A stretch of DNA of 63,579 nucleotides, the filler included, from Phoronis australis (taxonomy: Eukaryota; Animalia; Phoronida), in the NCBI GenBank assembly GCA_002633005.1. It is 5 parts of 5 records of this genome, joined end to end, with 100 filler letters (N's around TTAATTAATTAA, not from the genome) between each part and the next. Parts side by side here need not be neighbours in the genome. Positions count along the whole stretch, not along the records: positions 1 to 18,170 come from NMRA01000944.1; 4 more parts are not named here. One strand, written 5' to 3'. How positions within the stretch are numbered: the first letter of the stretch is position 1; each line of letters starts with the position of its first letter. This document shows, piece after piece, positions 1 to 11,470 of the stretch. The notes under the pieces were generated by a model. It was not told where the DNA came from. It worked only from the letters and a program-made list of their open reading frames with translations, and ran no database searches. The position numbers and the translations under genes are program-made.

Positions 1-18
1 CACACACACACACACACA
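1..18. repeat. (CA)n microsatellite running off the window edge
   Basis: cacacacacacacacaca at 1-18. Confidence 0.9.
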
Positions 19-1367
19 AACTAAAGCTGCACACATTATTAAATCTTGTTAAAACAGTATAATTTTGATTACCGTGGTTAATTAATAAACTCAATATTTG
101 CTCACATTCTTGGTGTTATGGCACCCAAGGGTCGGGGGGCCTGCCCCCAAATCCGCCTAAGAAGTCAGTGATGAAAACAACTTCTGTCTTGAGAGACTGA
201 AATTCCAAATGCCCAGCGTGTGTGTGGAGTTCCGGGTTCTGTAATCTGCGCATTATTTCAATCTGGAGGACATTTTTAAAACCAACTAGCCGCGCTTTCT
301 GTAAAAAACATATGATTTATTTCACTTACTGTACAAGATCGTTCTCATCTTGTTGTTGAGAAACGATTTCCAGCTGCGAAGAACTAAGTCTTCACTGCTC
401 GTGACCTGGGTAGAGTTCAATAGATTTCTCGCGGCTAGTAGAAAAATCTAGTGCAATAGTTTCCAACGTCTTGTACTCAGCTTTTGGTAAGATTACTCAC
501 TTTTGTACTATAGTCTGCATGAAAGATGGCTTAATTTCCTTTTCCGTAAAGTTGATTGAGTTATACGGTAATTCCAATGCTTCGCATTATCCATTTAACC
601 TTTAACTGCTTCTGTACTCCATGTGCAATTGCCAAACTACAAGTGTAGCGTACCATAATTGTCAGGTACTTGGGACCCTGTTGAGACACCTCAGTACAAA
701 CGTACTTCCCGTACTTCCGGTAGCCATAACTGTGAAAAGGATTAGCCTATTTTTTTCTTCACGTTAGCCGTTGTGCCCAACGTATCGTTTTCACAGCTAA
801 CACATACCTGCTACTCAGGCTATGTCAAAGTTCGTGACAACCGTGTCGCGTAGTCTTATTGTTGTAGCTGTGTTCTATTTTGTTCTATTTTGGTCTAAGC
901 GTCATATAGCTTCATGCTGGGCAATCTATCTGGGAGGCTATTTATGAGAGGGCTTTGTATTGCGTGTAGCCACAGAGTGCGGGCAACCTTATTAGTTTAT
1001 GTGTGTGTTCTGTTTGCTCTGTGCGGGCGTCCCGACAAGTCTCAAACGCATACTTTAGAGCCAAATCACTTTACTGAAATGTAGTTATCCTTAAATTTCG
1101 TTCTACTTGTTTTATGTATGAGACCGTGTGGGCAATGCTTCTAAATGCTTTTATTATAGTCTCATTATGAAAATACTGGGAGAATAAGCCTTACCATGAG
1201 GATCAGTTTTTCTATCCTATGTTACATCGTATTTCACATCGATGTTATACTCTGTGAAATCTATGATGTGCTCGTGGATGTGTTTGTATTGTTTTTGTTT
1301 TGTTTTGTTTGTATGTGGTGTGAATGGGTCAGGATTGTACCATTATTATTTGATTGTCATTTGATAT

Positions 1368-3660
1368 ATGTGCATAACCGTTGTAATGATGACACGTGAA
1401 CTTAAAGTAACGTCATTGAACTGCAGAGGGCTGGGTCTCCATGAAAAACGAAAAGATGTACTCAATTATTTAGGAGAAAAACAATATTCCATCTATTGCC
1501 TACAGGACACACACTTTACTAAGAGAGAAGAAAACAATATTAGATCAATGTGGGGATATGAATGTTTTTTCAATTCAAATACCTCAAATTCCCGTGGAGT
1601 GGCGATCCTCTTTAAGAACACTTTTGAGTATAAATTACATAACATTAGGCAAGACTACAATGGTAATAAATTAATTTTGGATATTACTATTAATGAGACA
1701 AGAATTACGTTAATTAATACGTATTGTCCAAATAGGGACTCGCCGTCATTTTTTGAAAGAATAAAACAAGATATTCAAGATATAGGAAATTACTCTGTTA
1801 TTTGGGCAGGCGATTTTAATCTTGCTCTCGATCAGTCTAAGGACACGCTTAATTATCGACAGGTTAATAATCCGAAGTCACGGATTAAGTTGATGGAGAT
1901 TTGTACAGAATTGTCTATTGTTGATGTGTGGCGGGAACTAAACCCCAGTAGTAAAGAATATACTTGGAGAGCTGGAAGTAAACGATCCAGACTAGATTTT
2001 TTTCTAATTTCTGAAAACCTTTTAGCTGATATTGACGACTCCATAATAGAATTCGGTTACCGTTCCGATCATTCAATGGTAACGGTTTTTTTTAAAAGTG
2101 ATGTTTCCAGGAGGAGAAAATCATTTTGGAAGTTTAATAATTCTCTCCTAAAAAACTCTGAGTATATTGCTGCAGTCAAGAATACTATTAAATTAGTTAA
2201 ACAACAATATATGACTGACGACATTCAGGCTGTTGATAGTACAAGTAATTCAGATTTACAATTGTCTATAAATGATCAACTTTTTCTTGAAACGTTGTTG
2301 ATGGAGATTCGCGGCAAAACAATTTCCTTTGCCACTTACTTAAAAAGAAAATGTGACAGAGTTGAACAGCAACTTATCAAAGAAATAAGCTTGTTGGAAA
2401 AAAGTCTAAGCCTTGACAGGGAACTACTGGAACAAAAAAATAATTTACTTGCTGAGCTAAGGCAAAATAAGTTAAGAGGTCTTATGACTAGGTCGAGAGC
2501 AAGATGGATTGAAGAAGGTGAAAAGCCTTCCAAATATTTTCTTCACTTGGAAAATAGGCATTACACAAGTAAGTTTATGCCTTTTTTGTGGAAATCTGAC
2601 AATACTAAAACCAATAGTGAAGAAGAGGTTATTCAGGAAACCAAAACTTTTTATGAAAATCTATACAAATATAGACATACTAACAATACTTCTTTAAAAA
2701 CTCTTCTTGATAATGTTTGTGTCTCCAAGCTGAATGAGACAGAAAAAGAAAAATTAGAAGGTCTTCTTACATATGAAGAAGTCACACAATGCTTGAAAAA
2801 AATGAAAAACAACAAAAGCCCAGGCTCTGATGGTTTTTCAGTGGAATTTTTGAAATTTTTTTGGGCTGACATTGGACATTTCGTTGTTCGCTCACTTAAT
2901 ACAGGTTTTGCTGTTGGCCAGTTATCCTCAACACAGAAAGAGGGAGTGATCACCTGCATCCCTAAGGGAGCAGATAAAAGTAAACATTATTTGAAAAACT
3001 GGAGACCCATATCCTTGCTCAATGTGACATATAAATTGGCTTCTTCGGCAGTAGCTGAACGGTTAAAATCCGTTTTGGGAAAAGTAATCAGTAGGGATCA
3101 GACAGGTTTCGTTTCTGGAAGAAATATGAACGAAAATATCCGAGTGCTATATGATTTAATGTTTTATGCCCAGGCAGCTAACAAACCTGGATTGCTTTTG
3201 CTGATTGATTTTGAGAAAGCATTTGATTCATTGTCGTGGAATTTTATTCAAAAAACTTTATCTTTCCTTAATTTTGGTTGGTCGATCAGAAGGTGGGTGA
3301 AAGTCTTTTACAGTAATATTAAGTCCTGTGTTGTCGTAAATGGTCACCCATCTTCTTGGTTCAATATTTCACGTGGCTGCAGACAAGGTGACCCATTGTC
3401 TCCCTACATTTTTATATTGTGCGCGGAGATTTTGGCGTATTTACTCAAGAATAATAAAAATATTGCTGGTGTAGTTGCTGGGAATAAGGAATATTTGATT
3501 TCGCAATATGCGGACGACACATCAATTACGTTGGATGGGTCGAATTTGTCATTGACTACCACACTGAATGTACTACATTTGTTTGCAAGTGAATGTGGAT
3601 AAAACAGAAGCCATATGGTTTGGAAGTAAAACTGGTAGTGATGACGTGATCCCTACAAAA
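1368..3660 (+). mobile_element. L1/Tx1-clade non-LTR retrotransposon ORF2 (APE endonuclease + reverse transcriptase), 3'-truncated
   Basis: 744-aa ORF with endonuclease motifs (SLNCRGL, LQDTH, GDFN, SRLDFF, SDH), linker RSRARWIEEGEKPSKYF, and RT motifs KSPGSDG, NWRPISLLN, DFEKAFD, RQGDPLSP, YADD. After the stop, a shifted frame continues NVDKTEAIWFGSK, then similarity ends. Confidence 0.95.
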
Positions 3661-4534
3661 GAAAGTCTGTCTTGGACAAAAAAATCTTTTAGAATTTAAC
3701 TGCAGCCTGAAGCTGGAAAATGTCTGTAATCCGATCCCCAAATATTAAAGTAAACTTAGAAGATTTTTGCCTATCTAAAATAACTCTTAAAAACATTGAT
3801 GAAATTCAGACTCACAAACCGCAGATCAAAAAAATTTAAAAAATCCTTAAATGAATAAAATTAAAGTCGTTGCTTGGAAAGGTTAATTGTCTTTGTACTT
3901 CCTTGGTGATTTTATTTTCTCGTAGTATTGAGCAATGGATTTTTGTTATTCAAAACTGAATTGTTTGCTTGCCTGATTCTCGTCCAAGTCATTACTGAGA
4001 CACCAACGTTAAAAATGAGATATGCCTATGCAGTAGGTCAGCACAGAATCTCAGGGATCCACATGAACTGAACTTTAGGCGTATAAGTGTATACATTTTT
4101 GGGAAACAATGTATCATTTCCCCCAACCACCGGAGCTGGGCTGCCGGTTGTGTTACAACGATAGATTTTGAAACACACCCAAAGGCAATATACCAGGGAC
4201 CTCGGTACCAGGGGCTCCCTTGGCCCCCGTCTGAATCCGCCACTGGGTACCTCACGTTTTCAAAAAAATCCTTCAAAGAACTACCATAGTCAAAATAAAG
4301 TTTTAGCGAATCTTGACATTAGAGCCAATTCAAACGGCCGGCAGGAGCTGCCTGTCTCAAGTGAATCATAGCTAAGCTGACTAGCAACTGGCTTTAGTTA
4401 ATCGTGAATTTCGTTTTCTCACACTATTAGATCTCAGCCATAGCTACTTGAGGCAGCTTTTCGCTACTGGATAGTTTACTGGTCCTAGGCTCATTTTTAC
4501 TCTCCGTGTTGGTTCACGTTTAGTACACTACGGG

Positions 4535-4925
4535 CCAACTTTCGACAACCGAGTCAAACTACATGTTAGGAGTTTTTCAACCCAGACATTTTTGGGTGTT
4601 AAAATTCTGATACTGTGTTTTACGAATAGTGGTGGCATTTGGTTTCTGCGTGTTTGTTTTGCAACATTATTACAAAAGGAAAAGGTGTAGACTTTACTAA
4701 CTTTTGTCCTTAGGTGATGTCCGATACTCGCAATTGCGTAGCCAAGTGTGTGTGTGTGTGTATGCCCATAAATTTTATTACCGTTTTCAACTGTTTCTAT
4801 AATAATTCATTTATGAAAAGTTGACCTGTTGCCCGTATACTTTTTATTAATTCGATTTCTGAGCAGTAATGTTATCTGCAGTATTTACCTAGTATACCCG
4901 TGAAATAAAATTTTAAAAATGAAAA
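4535..4925 (+). repeat. Composite local duplicate: 4535-4690 resembles 9155-9290; 4746-4925 resembles 14890-15105
   Basis: Shared blocks such as ggagttttt..a.acatttttgggt..taaaatt and (tg)n...ttcgatttctgagcagt..atgtta...tatttacct...tacccgt.aaataaaatt. Confidence 0.7.
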
Positions 4926-6178
4926 GTTTATCTTGTGTTGCTGACAGCGTAAAATGTACTTGCCAGTTGTCCCACTCTTGGGAAATTCTGGTGTAAGGAA
5001 ACATTGGTAATAGTTACATGTATGTCCACTCTCATATCATGTCAACTTGTGCTGTTGGACAGTGTTTGTAATGCTTAAATGTTGTAAAGTAATGTGCATT
5101 TTAAATTACTTATAATGGTAAAAGGTTGAATCAATTTGGCTTAATGAATAAAAAAATGATAACATTTTGTATTGGACTTGTCATACTTATGTGCTCGAAC
5201 GAGCCCCCCCACCCCCTATTTGGAGAAATGGAAAAAGGTCTGCCTCAGTCAGAGAAGCACGAAATCCTAAAAAAGTACAAAACGAGAAAAAATCCACTAG
5301 AAGACAGGAAGTACCAAAATTTAGCGTCAGTAATTCATAGCTCTGAACACACCCAGTGAATCTTATAGTAAAAGGTATAAATTCCCAAAAATTTCAGCTC
5401 CCCCCGTTTTTTAGGCTTGGTGCGCTCACTATGCAAAGTCTGGGCAAATCTCTGTTGAAGGCCAACTTTGCACAGTTCGCCAGAAGACCCCAAGTTCTAA
5501 ATAAACCTCGTTTGAGCGAGCGCTGTGGCCAGGGACCAGGTAGGTCTAAGGGTAGCCTTGGCACAAAGCTGTATACATGTAGGCCTACTAACAAGCTGTA
5601 TTTTGACGATAGTCTTCATACTGGTAGCTGGCACTGAGGCTAGCTAACCTAAGGGCTGCCGCGGCTGTGCGACACAGGACTAACCAGCCCGTAATTTCAT
5701 GAGAGTGTCTCGAACTACATGTACCTTTATATGTTTACGGCATTTATGAATTGAACCTTTTACTTCCACAAAACAGCTTGCAACCGCATGCCTTTACCGT
5801 TCTCCATTGTCTTGTCTCGATCCGCACCGGGTCCGATAGGCTGCGGTCCGATAGACTGCTGTCCCGAGTCCGTCAAAATAATTTCTGTCAAACTTTATAC
5901 GCCACATTTCTTCAGCAAATTCGATAAAATTGTCCGTATTTTGATTTTATTAACATTAAGGCGCGCTGTTAGTTATTTTATCCCCCTTTGCAATACTACA
6001 GTGCCGTTTACACTACAAAAGTGACACAGATCAGCTGACACGGAACGAGTTATTCCAGCGCAAGTATGAGTGTAAACGGGACTGAACTGTAGCAAACTGA
6101 CACCGCGGTGACAACTTTTGCCACCCATTTGTGAGGCAGAGTAATTTGTGCTCGATCACCTTGCTCCCTGTCAATTAT

Positions 6179-7134
6179 ATGTCTAAACGCGAAACCGGGG
6201 CAAGGCAGACAGGGTCATCTGTACTGCGGTTGCATAATGACATACATACGGGTTCTTTATCTTTGCAACTCTCGTCATTTGTAAACCTGCGTATGTGCGA
6301 TGCACTCTCCAGTATCTGGATGCCGAAGCCTGACGCCGCGTGTGTGTGTGCTCTGCGTTTCAATTGAGAGACTACATAATCACGTTACTTGGTAAGTTTT
6401 CAGCAATTAAGTCATATTGACATCGCTCAGTGATGTTATCCCCACCAGTTACTCCACTGAATAACGGGTTCATTAAGTGGAACTAAGTGTTTATCTTCAG
6501 AAACTCACCCCGGACCCGGGTGATAGGCTAGCAGCCCATATCCAAATATTTTCCTGGGTGGGAGTGCTCCCAAAATAAGAAGTGTATGGGACGTGCCGCT
6601 GAGAAGCCAAGGGTGACTTTTTCACAACAATTACTTTACAAAACTAAATTACTAGTATGCTATGTTCAATAAAATTCTCTAGATGAGTGAGTTTCCTCAT
6701 TTTATAGCGGACTCCACTCCCAAGCAGGACTACCAAATTAACTTGAATGAGCTATTTAGTAAATTCGTAACATTGCATTGGAATAAATACTAACACCTAG
6801 AACGAATTTTATTCATTGAGATCAGAAACACGATTTAGGTGTCATGAAAAATACACATTATTAAATCACGTTTAGCTTGTTTCACATATTTTAATTCAGA
6901 TCTTAAATAAGGCCTGGGTGCAAAGATTATTAGTTTCTACATATAAACATGAAGATGAAATGTCAAGTAAGTTCTGCCTTACAAAAGTAGTTTTGTCTTG
7001 TGTTTTCTTTTATAATTTGCTAATATTTCTCCCACTAATATTTTACAGGTGAGAGAAAACGACTGAAACCAGCCGCCTTACCGTCTATTTTACCTTTCGA
7101 CAAAGTGAAAAGCACTTCTTCAGCAATAAACTGA
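6179..7134 (+). pseudogene. Decayed, intron-containing THAP-domain remnant, probably transposon-derived
   Basis: Exon ending ..WMPKPDAACVCALRF..DYIITLLG|gtaagt (6391). Acceptor ttttacag (7048) is followed by ERKRLKPAALPSIL, resembling the THAP AVPT box. Frameshifted, with the zinc-ligand His lost. Confidence 0.55.
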
Positions 7135-9604
7135 GGGAATTGCCAACCTCTCAATTCAGAAAGTCAGCCTTTGATATCCCTGATTATGGACTCTTTTGCA
7201 TTGGGAAAATTACAGTTGTTTTTAACAAATAATGTTGTTCGGTTGTATGTATGTGGTTGTTCAGTTTGCCATTTTGTTTTTAAATACATGTACACTAATT
7301 ATTGTTTATTCTTGAATCTTGTGCATAGCAGATTCTTATCCAGCTAGCTACAATTGAAAACATATTTTGCTTGCATGTGGAGCTTTTGTTATAGACATGT
7401 TAACACAAAATTTAAAACTGTTCTAAGGCCTTCCTAAGAAAGCTCTAAATATAATTCCACACATAAATAAATCAAATGCAATCAAAGGGAATACTTTGTT
7501 TCGATCGCCGGACATTTCTATTGGTCAACAGAAAAATGACAGTTCGCAAGCGTAATCGGGAATCATTTCAGCTTTCTAAAAAACAGCACAACTGCATTGT
7601 ATGGGGCTTTAAAACTGAACAAATATTGTGGTTTGAATAGTAAGTGACAAACGTGCCTGTTGATCATGAAAATTTTATTCGATCATCAAAGTGTAACAGT
7701 AACGGGCTTTCTACTGAAAATAAGGCAATTGATGCAGTCACTGAATGTCATTTCCGCATAATGCGCACCAAATTAAAAAGTCTTTACCATTTGTATATGG
7801 CTCCTATCTCAACGGCACGTTCCCACGTTTCACTGACCACCCCGCTCCCTTCCCTCCTGGTTACAAAGGAACTAAGAGGTTCAAAAATTCGAAGAAATTA
7901 CGAATACAAAGAGACTGCTGTAGGCACTCGATCAACTACAGTCATTTCTATTATTAGACTTAAAAGTATTATTTAATTACTTCGCTGTCAAACGAGAATG
8001 TTCATATTTACATGTATATGGCTTGGATGTCCACAAGGAGGTAAAATCGATTTTTCAGCAGGCTATAGGTCTGGGGGAAATGTGTGACGCAAACGGCATA
8101 AAGTTTGACTTTGTCAAGATAAGAGTTGAAGCCACCACCGTGACAGAGTAAGGTCGCGGGCGACTGCCCTCCCAGCGTTTCCATCAGACGAGTCCCACCC
8201 TGCATTTTCTCAGGTCTAGCGCGGTATCGGATGCACAATCTATAAACTAGATCCTCATACTTTTACCTATAGAACCAGTGAATCTCATAGACTCTGCACC
8301 GACTAAGTTGACGGCGACAGCGGCTTTCTACTAATAGTTTGTGAAAAAAGCGTGATGCCTGGAGCATATCAAGTTCAAATGCTACAAAACATAGACCGCT
8401 AAGCAATAGTCTCTCACGAGACGTTTTTATAATGGCGAGAATTTTGAGATGTTAACGAGTACAAGTTCAATATCCGTCGTCCCTCGTGTTGCTGCTACCG
8501 TATTTGCAGGTTCTGTCCATACACCTATAAATGAAGCTGCCCTGGGCGATCTCAATAAGATGTCCTAATGGGAGTCAGCATATTTTTCGAAGGTAGTAAA
8601 CTCTCCTCATAAGGCTAAAATGTGGCAACCCAACGACAATCTCAATCGTGTCCGAGGGTGGCCCCTTTTCCCCCAAATCCACCTAGGGGCCGTGCCTATT
8701 TTTAAAGTAGCCGGGTGCGTGAGGTTATAGATATAAATATAAACTACAAGTAGAGTAACGCTTGAAATCAGCTGGTGAGAAACACGTAGGGGGCCTCCAA
8801 ACAATCCCCCATAAACACTAGAGGTTGTTAAATTGGCGTGCTGAAAGAGCAATTAACTCACATGTATTTTCCTGGCCATTTAGTTATTTACGCTTCAGAT
8901 AGACTAATCTGAGTTTACTCGTTTAGGGCCACGCGCTTGCACGTGAAATTTCTCCCATATCCGTAATTAGGCATATGGCTTATATGTGCAAAGCGCTAGA
9001 TTAAAAACTATAAAGCAATGTTTTAAATCAGCTTGTCAATGAAATCTGACTTATTTCAGTTACAAAACCGTCATTCTTTATACGCACCGACCTGTGGCCC
9101 TGGGTGGATGCCGGGAATAGTCCGGCATCTCATCTTTTCAGCTCCAGTCTTAGAATGACTTTCGTCATCCAATCAAACAACACGACAGGAGTTTTTAGCA
9201 AAACATTTTTGGGTACTAAAATTATATTACTGTATTTTATCGGAAGAAGTGACTTTTCGTTTCTGAGTGTTCTGCAATCATAAATGCTAAGTTTTGCTCC
9301 TAATAAGAGATTTGTTGACGCAACTCTCCAAAATTACTTGTAACTGCGTTTTAGCATAGACCTAGATATTCTGCTTTTCTCTAGAAGTCCTGGTTTTCGA
9401 TCTAGTTGTCCCGTTCTTTCGTTCTCGAGTGTTGACCGTGACGACTATGCCAGATGTGTTCAATAATAACATTGTCTCTTCGTTGTGAATATTGGTTTTT
9501 TTAGAGACCAATTCCATTAGTAACATAACAATCGTAAAAGTGTTTGTACAATAGCAAGCACCACCTCTAGAAGGATCACTAATGACTATTTCTAAACTTC
9601 TATC

Positions 9605-9614
9605 GGGAAAGTCC
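9605..9614 (+). promoter_or_regulatory. Candidate NF-kB (kB) site GGGAAAGTCC
   Basis: kB-like decamer about 500 bp upstream of the ATG at 10113. Confidence 0.4.
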
Positions 9615-9772
9615 TACACTGCACCCAATGTAATGATCTATCCATAGTATGTTTCAAATTAAAGTGCTTGAAGAGCTTGGACGTGAGAACGTCAAAAATA
9701 GCTGTTAAGCAATTCCTGACTGGAGTACCATCTCTCGACGCCTAGTACAGAACAATTTATTTTTCCCTGTGA

Positions 9773-9782
9773 GGAAATTTCC
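9773..9782 (+). promoter_or_regulatory. Candidate NF-kB/Rel site GGAAATTTCC
   Basis: Palindromic kB-like decamer about 340 bp upstream of the ATG at 10113. Confidence 0.4.
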
Positions 9783-10112
9783 AGAAAAAATCTCAAAATT
9801 CAAGATTTTTGAAATACGCGGATATGGAACATGTATGTACAAAAAACTCGCGTGTTAGTAGGCATGGTTACGTTCACATGTCACACTCATGTCCGTGGAG
9901 CTGAAAAATTTTCAATTGGAGTTGCCCTTCTGTTTTTTCGTGTTTGGGACATCGAATTCATGAATGTTATATGCAGTGATATAAGAAAGGTTTAATGATG
10001 TTGACAGTATAGTCATTTGTCAAAATAAGATAAATGGTGGTTGTGAGAACTGCAACTAAGTAAGTTTGTTACTTTCTGTTATTACAGGACACTTGGTTAG
10101 TTTCCAGAGATC

Positions 10113-10149
10113 ATGGCCTCCAATAATGAAGGTCAACCACTAGAACAAG
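10113..10149 (+). CDS. Putative first coding exon (MASNNEGQPLEQ) of the RHIM-motif gene
   Basis: Acceptor ttattacag ends at 10087; ATG in atcATGG context; phase-1 donor G|gtatga at 10150, compatible with the phase-1 exon at 15239. Confidence 0.5.
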
Positions 10150-11229
10150 GTATGATAATGCGATAGTTCGTCAAGCACTCACGAAACTGCATCTTATCAT
10201 TTCGACGGTGAAAACCGTTAAAGAAGCCCGAGCACATTAAATTGACCATTGTTTGAAACCCACTATAAGAAACGGAAGAGCCGGGATAGTGCTCATTCCC
10301 TTAATAGCTGGCGTCACTGATTACCAAAACCTTGGTTTATCACCCCAGATTTGGGAAAAATGATTAGAATAAAACAACGATAAAAGTGGAAGAAGGACAA
10401 ACCGAGGCAAAAAAGAAAACGTTTGTCAATTATCAATGCCGCATTTACCTGGTAGAGCCATTTTTGTAAGGGGTTTCTAGTTTGAAAAATTCACTACGTA
10501 TCGTTTACATATGCTTGAAAACGGGCACTCTGCTATCATTTGTAAAAGTCCTACCGAGTGAAATTTGATGTGCACAAATATTTTTGAACAAATTTGTTTA
10601 ATCAAAGAGACAGCGTTTAGAAAATTCATATGTCGGATTCTCCAGGGAGCGCTCTCGGTCAAAATTGAAAGTATCCACCTTTTCTCTTTTTGCACATCTT
10701 AAAGTTATCCGTTGATATCTATTTTCCTTTTACATTATTAGTTCTAGAAGAGGCCTTTGATGATATCAACGAATGCTTCTCATTTCTTGTTTTCGGATTT
10801 ATATCTTGCTTCGATATTTATGGGCGATCTTAGAAAAATAATGAGTTTGGTTCTTGTTTTGATGTGGAAGCCTTTTTTGTATTATGATACAGCATGTTTC
10901 CCTCCCTAATAACACAGTATGACGCTACAGACCCAGTGGTGTTCATTGACTGACTGAAGGGGAAAATTCACCGCCTCTAGCTTGACGTACAATGTATTCC
11001 AGATTGGCTGACTTAATTAGTAATATGTGGGACTACAAAAAGCCCCTCTGGAGGGCCTCTTAGATAAAGCAACCTTGTTGGGTCTCACACTCTTTATGAT
11101 TTTAAGTAATACACAACCTTTTGTAGTAGAGACTTGACCAGTAAGGTTGATGATAGCTGATTTGCGAGATAAAGCAATTATACCACGAATGCAATCAGAC
11201 CACGCTCATGCAATATAATTCAAGTTTAA

Positions 11230-11470
11230 AATGTGCATTTATTAAGTAGAGTAGTAATGTATACGATAAGGTCACACAGAAATGTACGAACTTTGTATTG
11301 AATGAGCATGGTCAGACCAAGGAGTGTACTACATTCCTTGGTCAGACCACACACCTTTTGTTGTTTTCCATACGACATTACAGTGTGCATTAATTAAAAA
11401 GAGTATTAACGTACACGATAACGACACGTAGAAATGGAGGAACTTTGTATCGAACAACCTTGGTCAGACC
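11230..11470. repeat. Diverged tandem duplication of about 160 bp, plus a short hairpin gaccaaggagtgta/tacattccttggtc (11315-11343)
   Basis: gtgcatt.att..a.agagta.taa.gta.acgataa...gaaatg...gaactttgtat.gaa...tggtcagacc occurs twice. Confidence 0.65.

Noticed and set aside
1853-2959. Short antisense and alternate-frame ORFs within the Tx1 ORF2 (likewise within 29000-31700)
   Set aside because: Shadow ORFs of retroelement coding sequence.
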